Shown: positions 53,821 to 64,000 of the stretch, one piece after another
Layout of the letters: every line of letters starts with the position of its first letter
Numbering within the stretch: position 1 is the first letter of the stretch
NCBI RefSeq assembly: GCF_001194135.2
Contig: NC_068993.1
Coordinates: 14,665,682 to 14,729,681, forward strand
Source of the DNA: Octopus bimaculoides
Taxonomy: Eukaryota
DNA length: 64,000 nt
Reading direction: 5' to 3'
Notes under the pieces: model-generated
The model's input: the letters and a program-made list of their open reading frames with translations, nothing else
Told to the model about the DNA's origin: nothing
Database searches by the model: none
Made by a program: the position numbers and the translations under genes

Positions 53821-55814
53821 AGACCGATAAATAGATAGAAAAATAGATAGATAGATAAATAGATAGATACAATAACTAAATATCAACATTTCTGTGAGAA
53901 AATCACATGATGTTTATTATTGATTGTTTTTTTATACTTTCTTCTTATTTTTCTAATTTACGGCAACCTTGAAATATAAATATATTTTTAAATTATTGAA
54001 TACATATTTTATATTTAACAGTTAGGAAAACATATCGAAATATATTAGGAAATGATTTCTACATTCAGTTGATTGTTTTCTTGCTCTGTAATAAATTAGA
54101 TATGTTTCATTATTATTTTGAGGGATTCTTTGACGCTGATTCTATTTGCATTGAGTAAATGAATTTCTTTGACATATGTAAAATAATTTCAGGGATCGTT
54201 TACAGAAGTATTATGCTGTTAGTAAAACTTATATGAGCATACACACACAGGCACACATATACACTCAGACACACAGACACAGACACATTCACATACACAC
54301 ACACGGAACCATACAGACGGGCATACACGGGACCACACAGACGGACACACACATGCTCACACACGGACACATACGCTTGCACACACATATATATATACAC
54401 ATAAGCCATAACAAATATGGATTATGGGCCTACTAACACTAACGGATGTAAGCACATCAACATATATAAAGTGACAGACAGACAGACAAATAGTTAAATA
54501 TAGAGAGAGAGCGAGAGAGAGAGAGAAAGAGACAGGGAAAGACGCACATATTCGCACATATACGACCATGTATATGTGAAATAGTTGTATATTTAATTAT
54601 GTATCCATGTACATTTATACACAAACACACACATATATATACATATACATACGCCTTTATATTGTATATGTTTCTTCATANNNNNNNNNNNNNNNNNNNN
54701 NNNNNNNNNNNNNNNNNNNNNNNNNNNNNNNNNNNNNNNNNNNNNNNNNNNNNNNNNNNNNNNNNNNNNNNNNNNNNNNNNNNNNNNNNNNNNNNNNNNN
54801 NNNNNNNNNNNNNNNNNNNNNNNNNNNNNNNNNNNNNNNNNNNNNNNNNNNNNNNNNNNNNNNNNNNNNNNNNNNNNNNNNNNNNNNNNNNNNNNNNNNN
54901 NNNNNNNNNNNNNNNNNNNNNNNNNNNNNNNNNNNNNNNNNNNNNNNNNNNNNNNNNNNNNNNNNNNNNNNNNNNNNNNNNNNNNNNNNNNNNNNNNNNN
55001 NNNNNNNNNNNNNNNNNNNNNNNNNNNNNNNNNNNNNNNNNNNNNNNNNNNNNNNNNNNNNNNNNNNNNNNNNNNNNNNNNNNNTATATACATATATATA
55101 TATATACTAACAATATTATGGATAATAATCAGAAAAAGAAAAAAAATATGAGAACCAGGAGGAGGACGTGGAGGAGGAAGTAGAGGAGGAGGTGGAGGAG
55201 GAGGATGAAGGGAAAAAGAAAGAGGAGGAAGAGGAAGAGATGGAGGGAGCGTAGGATGTGCTAGCTGTGACGATGAAGGAAGGGGAAGGAAGAGGAGGCG
55301 GAAGTGTGGAAGAGGCCGTGGAGTGGAGGAGATGGGGAAGGCGCAGACAGAGGATAGGAGGCGGAAGGGGAGGATATATACAGTTGAATTCAATTATAAG
55401 AGTGTAATTTAGAATTCATTGATTCTTTGCTTTGCTTAGAGAAATTAGATACATCCAACTTTGATCATTTTCAACAGTCAAACAGGCTATTCAATGGCAT
55501 TTTAAAATTAATCTAAACACATTCGAATTGGATTGAAACTTTCTTATACGCTCTGATTAAATCTTTGGCATAAGTATATGTACAGAAACATATCTACATC
55601 TACACCTATACCGACTTATACAGGCACTGACATACACACATATACACACATACACACATATATACACATGCGCACACACACACATGCACACACACTCTGA
55701 CACGAAACATACATACACTTTCCCACCCACATAAGATATATACAGTTATATATTTAGATATACGTACTTCTACCCACACATCTAGCTCTCTCTCTCTCTC
55801 CCTCTCTCCCTCTC

Positions 55815-55853
<39 letters not shown>

Positions 55854-57224
55854 ACGTGTGCGTGTCTATACATACATACGTGTATACATACACACACACA
55901 CACGCACACATATATATACTTGCATATATTTATATGTTTCTATAGGCATATATATGTATACCTATATGTACGTATGTATACATACATACATGCATGCCTA
56001 CATATAATCCATACGTACGTACATACATACCTCCATACATACATACATACATACATACATACATACATACATACATACATACATACATGTACGTATTTCA
56101 TTTCAGATTACCGGATGAAAAAAAAAAGCCAACATAGTGAAGAAATATTATTTATATTATGTTCGAATGTTTATATTCATTTCAATCTTATTTGGAAGAA
56201 ATTTGGTTACATTTATGTAAAATTCGAATTGAAATTTCAGCTCTAAACTTCAAGGAAATTCTAAGAAATTTTATTCCGTATGTTAAGTTACAGAATAAAG
56301 AAAATATCTAACACCTTTATCTATTTTGATTATAAATGTTATTTGATTCTATTTTAGTTTCTTCACGTTGTGATTTTCCTATTCTAAATCATGTTTCTTA
56401 AATTTTATATTTGACTTCGTTTTTATTGTAGAACAATATATATAACAGTGATTAGTGAACGCGTATAAAGAAACGTTGTCGCAATAACATATCGCAGTTG
56501 CTTATCCGACTTTTTTGTTTTTTTCCAAATGAATAAATGGAATCAAATATATGTACATATAATATTAATATAAGAATGTTTTCACACCACAGTATAATTG
56601 GATGTAATGTATTTTGTTATATTTATTCATTTATGTATTTATATATGATGATATTATAATGCCCGACTACCTAACAACCTGTATAATTTCTCAGCTTCAT
56701 TTTCTAATATCTATGATTGACAATATTTTTTTTCCTGTTAGCATTTTAAATACGATTATCGATTTATCTGAACATAGCGATCTAGTTATTTCTAAATTAT
56801 ATTTATCCAACATATTCCTCCGTAAAACTTTATATATATTATACCACATATCTGTTGATCCATTTTATATATATAGTGCACGCACACACATACATGTTTG
56901 CGTATGTATTCATGAAAATATGTATGTATACATGACTTTCTATGTGTGTGTGTCTTCCCGTTTAATTTTAAATACTTGAAGTTCTCCTCGAACGGAGATG
57001 GTGGTTTATGACAAAAATGAGAGTAGAAAACACCATTACTGCATTGTAGATAAGGAAAACAATGTCATATTCTGAACTTGAGAATAAATTTATACATCGT
57101 AATAGCGAATGTCAGGTGATTGATTTCTTCTGAAAATCCTCAAGTTTAGATATTGTAACTTAGATATCTATGAAAAACGTTTTTTTCCTACACACATATA
57201 TATTAGCCATTAAAACTTTTATTT

Positions 57225-57370
57225 ACTCTTACAGTTTATTTCTCCGTTCATTTCTGTCGAAGAGCGTAGGCTCGAAACGTAAAAGACTTTCTCACTTCCC
57301 GAGCGTTAAACTAATACATCTGTCTGTTGTTTACACACCCGTCTCCGTATTTTGTTTTTTTTTGTAAATC
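57225..57370 (+). mobile_element. Dispersed PLE-end-like repeat with a hammerhead-like motif (copy 1)
   Basis: UUU CUGUCGA A GAGC-GUAG-GCUC GAAA CGU A AAA (57251-57284). A homologous copy lies on the minus strand at 45085-45240. Confidence 0.55.
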
Positions 57371-57519
57371 CTCATTAACATTTCTTCTTTGATCATCATT
57401 ATGCATTTAGATGATATCTAATGTATCTTTTCTTTTATCTTTCAATTATATGTGCGTGTGTTTGTTTATGTATGCATACACACACACAAACACACATACA
57501 AGCACACGCACAGACAAAT

Positions 57520-57670
57520 GGATACTTGTAATTTCTGTCTACCAAATCTGTTCACATAGCGTTGGTTGTCCTCGGGCTATACATAGAAAACACTTCCTAC
57601 GTTACCACTCCTTGAAGCTGAACCCGAAATCATGTGGTTGCGAAAGAAACGTCCTACAACAGAGCCACGC
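57520..57670 (-). mobile_element. SINE family B, degenerate 5' half
   Basis: TTTCTGTCTACCAAATC..CGGGCTATA..GAACCCGAAATCATGTGGTTG..AGAGCCACGCC. Confidence 0.6.
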
Positions 57671-58059
57671 CTTGAGTCTACAAATGTACGTCTAATCATT
57701 ATATTCAACCTCAGTAATATGTCTTTGAGGATGTAATGATAAACCTTATATATGTCGATCACAGTTTTCTCTGGTCATAAGAGCAGATAAAATATTCTTG
57801 GGGAAAAATATCCTCATTTGACAAGCATATCTAAAGACATTTTCACTCAGGTAACGTATAGCTGAGATTCTATCTTACACATACACACACACAAACACAC
57901 ACATACATACATATATTCTTTTATTCTGTCAGTCTTCCATGCGATTCATCCGTACACCAGGTGTCATGTTGGAGCACCACCGTGAGTTCTCTCCTTTCCA
58001 CAGCCATCGTAATTGGATGACCTCTACGTGATAATTGTATTTATTTTCACCACACCTAC

Positions 58060-58245
58060 ATCCCCCTTTTTTTTACTGACTATTGTCACTTTTGACACTG
58101 CTGCATTCGTCTCTAATTCATGTCGGTCCGTTGCCTCGTCATGCATCGTGGTTAGGAGATTGTCCAATTCCTCTTTGAACACATTCACATCAACATTGTA
58201 TATGTTCATAATTCTTTTGATTGAGCATTGAAAAGCAAGTGGTTT
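58060..58245 (-). mobile_element. 3' end of a CR1/L2-type LINE ORF2
   Basis: NIYNVDVNVFKEELDNLLTTMHDEATDRHELETNAAVS (within ORF 58024-58320) resembles the FKxxLDxxL..vPDEP C-terminus of CR1-group elements. Confidence 0.55.
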
Positions 58246-58599
58246 CATATTATATATCTGTGTGCGTGTGTGTGTTGCTATATGCATGCATCTGTATGTA
58301 TGAGTGCCCTTTTGTCCCAAGATAAATCCTCAATAGTGACCAGCTTACCTTTCTGCTCATTTTCTATCAGGTTGGGTAGAATTTCGTACTAAGCAAAATT
58401 CTTGGACAGATGTAATCTATACAAAGGCACTTGCAGGAGTTGGCATACTTTTGCCTAAGGCCAATACCAAATTCTAATATTTGTACATACGTATATCCAT
58501 GTATACATATGTATATGTATATGTATATATCTATACATGTGTGTGTATTCCTATACATGTGTGTGTATTCCTATACATACATAGGCATATAATACATAC

Positions 58600-58635
<36 letters not shown>

Positions 58636-59022
58636 ATACATACCAAACATCGTAATTTTTCTCCATCCGTTCATATTTCTCCAGCATCTTTGCGAACGCT
58701 GGTCAGATCTCTGAGTAATCGTATTTGAGCTTGTATCTTTTTATGTACATGAACATGTATGTTTTTGTTTATTTTTGGACCTGCCATTGAGTGCTGCTTT
58801 TATTTGGCTCTTTGCTGATTTTGTCTGATTCGTTGTTTTTTTTCTTTTAGTTTGCTTGTTTTTTTCTGACCAATCATATTTCCCTTTTATTTCATACTTA
58901 TCTAAATATTCTGCTGCAAAATTTCCATAGAGAACGACAATTCCTTAGCAAATAATCTTCATATTCCTTGTTTTTTTACTTACTATATTTTTCCCAACTA
59001 CTTTCTCAGTGTTCAACAGTTT

Positions 59023-59069
59023 TATTTCTTCTTCTTCTTCTTCTTCTTCTTCTTCTTCTTCTTCTTCTT

Positions 59070-59147
<78 letters not shown>

Positions 59148-59190
59148 TTATCATCATCGTCCTCATCATCCTCATCATCATCATCACCAT

Positions 59191-59240
<50 letters not shown>
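59023..59240 (+). repeat. Compound microsatellite (TTC)n(TTA)n(TCA)n(TAG)n
   Basis: Direct reading. Confidence 0.95.
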
Positions 59241-59354
59241 CCCCTACATCTAACGTCTCTAATTTTCCAACTGTACTAACACAAAGCTACATTCAACAAG
59301 ACACAAGCAAACAAATAATGATAGTGACGAACACACTTTCGCATACACCTAGTC

Positions 59355-59417
<63 letters not shown>

Positions 59418-62025
59418 TACACGGAAAAGAAAACAAAACAAAACAAAAACAATGGTATCAATAAAAATAACATCAGCAGAACCGAACATTACCACCTATA
59501 CAAATACCAGAAACAACAACACCATTTCCACGATCCAACACCACCACCGCCACAACAAACACCACTACCAACAGCAACAACAACCGAACCAACATCAAGC
59601 ACATCATCAACAAGGGATAACATGCAAAAACGAGGTTATTATACAAAGCAACGTAGTAAAGCAAGCGCGTCACTGCGAATATATAATAGCAAAGCTGACA
59701 TCCCAGCATAGTTATCTAGTAAATATGTCAAACCCATCTGTTTATAATTTCTCGCCAAGTACAAAAGAGATCAAAGCATAACTAAAACTACATTTCTTCA
59801 TATTATGACAGAGAGATGAATAAGCAATAAAGAGGGGATACAATCACATGATTATATACTTTCATACTTTTTAGTAAGTTATCTTATGCATCTATGGCTT
59901 TTCTTGGCGATTATTACTGCTTTCCTTTGAATGTTTTTCAGACAAGGTAAAACAAGAAGAAAAAAATCACGTTTGGATGGAATTAAACACTACTATCTGT
60001 ATTTATTGTTGGTAATCCGTGTTATTATAACCGAAAAAGATGCAAATCTTCTTTAAAATCATCGTTGCTTTTAGTGTACTTTGATAATATTCATGGTAAA
60101 TTTGCATAGAATAAGATAGGTTTAGAGCTGTAAAGAGTTCGGGAACGAAATTCGAAACATGTTCGCAACAGTGGAGGTTTAAAAATATGTAGATATACAG
60201 ATAATAGGAAGGCAAACACATGGAAATTACGGTTTTCGAATAGACTACCTCTTTTATACACTGTAAAGTTGGTCTATATTTTATAATCAGTGACTTCCCA
60301 TACGTAGTGTGAGAAGGCAGATGTGATATTACCCGCCTAACTCAAATATAATATGCATCTATCAGCCTAACATGCTTCAGGAACGTCCAATATGAGACTG
60401 TAATTGGGAACAATTCGAAATTGAGTATTAATACTGACCTGAATGTTACAGAATGGCAAATACTATTTAATAATTGCGTTGGAAGTCATTTCAAAAGATT
60501 TATAATCAATACTTTCTTTCATTGATGCAGACGCTGAGAAATAAGATTAGCGATAGAGACAGAAGGAACAAGCTCATAAGTGGGAGAAGGAAAGAAACAT
60601 ATTGATTAGGAAATATATACATAATTCCGCAGCAATAAATCCTAGAATATTCTAGCGTTAATCATAGCACAAATTTTTTTTTTTTTTTAAGTCTTCCTTT
60701 ATTTCTAAGAAAGTGTTAATATGGATTAATTACATGGATGCGAAACTTGAATGCTATAAAGACAGTAATTTATTCTTTATTATTTACAATCTTACAGAAC
60801 AATATTAAGCGTGAAGCTAATGTGAAATAGATTCAGCGAGACACCGAATATGGTTCCTAAGTTTGCGCTTCTTGTGGTTACTTGAAATATAAACGAAACG
60901 TACAATATTTAACCAACAGCATTGTACATGCTATTTCACCATGAACTCGGTTCCAAGAACAAGTGACAACCATTTCTAAAACCACTTATACTCTTATTAA
61001 TTTTAGGACAACCATAATCAATACAACACTCTTATGTCGCGTCCTTTATGTCAGTATGAAGAAAGTATATCATGACATTTACATGCACGTGATTGTGATG
61101 TATACTGCCAGAAATCAATAATTTGAATAGTCCTTAAACAAGTGCCTTACTATTTCAGTAATTCATTTTCTATTTCCAGCACATTGTTGATGGGAAGGAT
61201 ATCATGGAGATTCTTAAGTACTATAAAATTGCTTCCCTACCTCCAACTCGTCCTCTTCGTCATCTTATACTTTCATATCCAATGAAAAGCTAAAAGAACC
61301 TCAGTCTTTGTTGTTCATTTGCTTCACTCAACTGCATTACTACGATATAATACATTTGCTCAACCGAAAGTGAATAATAAAAGAGATCAGAAGAGTAAGA
61401 GAACTGATAGTAAGTTAATATAACATGAGATACTATGAAATATCAAATAGTAATGTTATGTTTGGAAATACAAAGTCTGGCCTTTTAAGGATTAACAGCT
61501 TTTGGTTGCAATGCTCTATTTTGAAATTTATCATGAATTATCCACAATAACCACGAAGGAATTGATTTGTTATGTATCAAATTTCCTCAAGGAAATTCTT
61601 CAGATATTCTTTAGATTATATGCTTAAAGGCATTAACTGCCTTATTTGTAACTTGAACGTATTCACCACCTATAATAATTAAGGTATCTCATTCTAAATT
61701 GTATGTTTACATGAAAGGTTCTTGCGATTTACCTATGTATTTAAGTATAGGCTTTTAGGAAGAGAGATGGCGCTACGATTGAAATGTAGAGATTTCCAAT
61801 TATCTCTGACGCTATGATCACATGCATTCGTGATTTACATGTAACATATTCACTTCTTCCGTTTCCCTTTCATTTCATTAGCTGAATGTCAGAGACCAGG
61901 TCGGGTTTTTAATGTCAACTAAAGTAATCAAGACAACTCAACATTCAGCGAGGGAAAATAGCTGTAAAATATATACAATTACTTCACTCGCAACTCCATT
62001 GCACACACACGTATGTATGCATATA

Positions 62026-62060
<35 letters not shown>

Positions 62061-62316
62061 NNNNNNNNNNNNNNNNNNNNNNNNNNNNNNNNNNNNNNNN
62101 NNNNNNNNNNNNNNNNNNNNNNNNNNNNNNNNNNNNNNNNNNNNNNNNNNNNNNNNNNNNNNNNNNNNNNNNNNNNNNNNNNNNNNNNNNNNNNNNNNNN
62201 NNNNNNNNNNNNNNNNNNNNNNNNNNNNNNNNNNNNNNNNNNNNNNNNNNNNNNNNNNNNNNNNNNNNNNNNNNNNNNNNNNNNNNNNNNNNNNNNNNAC
62301 GTAAATATATATATAT

Positions 62317-62360
<44 letters not shown>

Positions 62361-62476
62361 GTATATATATATATATATATTTACGTATGTATATATGTGT
62401 GTATTTGTCGGTTTATATGTGTATATATGTGTATGTGCATGTACACATATACATGTATGTATATTTGTATATATAT

Positions 62477-62546
<70 letters not shown>

Positions 62547-63210
62547 CCCGTAAACATATGGCGCGTGTGTGTGTATTTGTACACGTAGCAGCATTCTTGC
62601 AATATTGCGAGTATAGATTTCTTGTATATTTACAAAGTGTGTGTGTGTGTGTTGGAGAGAGACAGAGACAGAGAGAGAGAGAGAAAGAGAGGAACTAAGA
62701 GAGAGAGACAGAGAGAGAGAGATTGGGGGTGAAACAGAACGAGAGAGAAAAACGGGTGGACTGACAGAATACACGAGTTTCTAAGGATGTTTCTCTTTAT
62801 TTTATTCTTAGCAATCACTCAGGGACTAAATTGTGGATTAACATCTTTTAAAAATGTTCTAATTTGAAATACGTAACTTCAGAACAAAATTTGCCCGAAG
62901 AACACGTTTATTCTTTTTTTCCCTTTTATTTGTTGATAAATATATACTATTATGCTACACTAATTTTAATATGTTTTCTAAATAAATGCAAGAGCTATGG
63001 AATTCATTATGTCTCATATATTTTCATAAAGTATTTTTTTTACAACTCCTTAATGTTAATACGAAAAGGTTTACGTTATGACATAAATACATAGATGAAA
63101 ATTAAGATAATCTTATTGAACAAATGTATGGTCGATAATTGTATAACATTCATAATCTTTAAATTGTATTCCAGTTTTGGCTGTTAAAATGCAGGAAGGA
63201 NNNNNNNNNN

Positions 63211-63304
63211 AGAAGAAGAAGAAGAAGAAGAAGAAGAAGAAGAAGAAGAAGAAGAAGAAGAAGAAGAAGAAGAAGAAGAAGAAGAAGAAGAAGAAGAAGA
63301 AGAA
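63211..63304 (+). repeat. (AGA)n microsatellite
   Basis: Direct reading. Confidence 0.95.
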
Positions 63305-63548
63305 ATGAGAGCAAAATCTTTGCATGCTTATCCTATTAGAATGATGGAAGGCTTTCGCAGGCCACCGGTATACATCTCGTTTCATCCTCCAATGAAGATT
63401 ATGTTGTTTATAGTGTTATGAATTTGTGACATGAAAACTTTCTCGTGTAACTCTGTATTACTTAGAACAAATAGCAATGACATCCAACATTCCAATGCAT
63501 AAACACACTAGTCATGAATGGAAGCACTGTGTTATTATAATTCATATA

Positions 63549-63580
<32 letters not shown>

Positions 63581-64000
63581 NNNNNNNNNNAGGCCTACCG
63601 AGACATCTAATTATTGTAACATATTAAATCTGACTGATAACTTCGTAAATTTTCATGAAGGAATTGGGTAGAATAAAGAAGAAAAAAAAAAGCATAGCGT
63701 TTGGAGATGTTTGTAAAATTCAAAATGAGTTGAGACAACAGCTCAGATGTTGGAACTTAAGTTGATTTGGGAGAATGGGGTTAGGAAACTCTGCAGTTGG
63801 TGTTAATTTCAATTTCTAGTAATTGCATTGAAAATAAGTAGTCGTTCACCACGCCACAGATTGGATGTTATACATTAGTTTAAATTAGCGAATGTGTAAA
63901 CTATTCATGTATTTCCGGCTCACAGTTTAGTTTGCAGTCTATTATAATTGACATTTATTATTGCAACAATTTTCCAGCAGTCTTTCGATCTTGCGTGTTC

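Noticed and set aside
59452-59781. Gln/His/Thr-rich ORF resembling a low-complexity protein region
   Set aside because: It is a degenerate (CAA/CAC)n tract next to other microsatellites, without splice signals.

Overview
AT-rich eukaryotic genomic DNA, largely intronic or intergenic. The repeat repertoire (two abundant tRNA-head SINE families, dense di-, tri- and tetranucleotide microsatellites) points to an Octopus-type coleoid cephalopod; this is an inference. About 20 N-gaps (roughly 5.5 kb) nearly all abut microsatellites, as expected for a short-read scaffold. Almost every ORF in the supplied track is a microsatellite or gap artefact. Recognisable protein-coding remnants are all dead mobile elements: a mariner (DD34D) transposase, two DD37D/maT-type fragments, another Tc1/mariner fragment, a hAT transposase, an RTE LINE, a CR1/L2-type LINE 3' end and a Penelope-like GIY-YIG endonuclease. 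No host gene could be named. Several minus-strand segments have strong splice sites and compatible reading phases (best: 244-400; also 9925-9974 and 32655-32793), suggesting the window lies in the long introns of an unidentified minus-strand gene. The most striking signal is a set of four different hammerhead-ribozyme-like motifs tied to Penelope-like element ends, all with short palindromic stem III. One has an intact catalytic core and an unusually long stem II (19135-19219). Two others sit in divergent inverted repeats centred on a trinucleotide microsatellite (12408-12535; 19575-19920).
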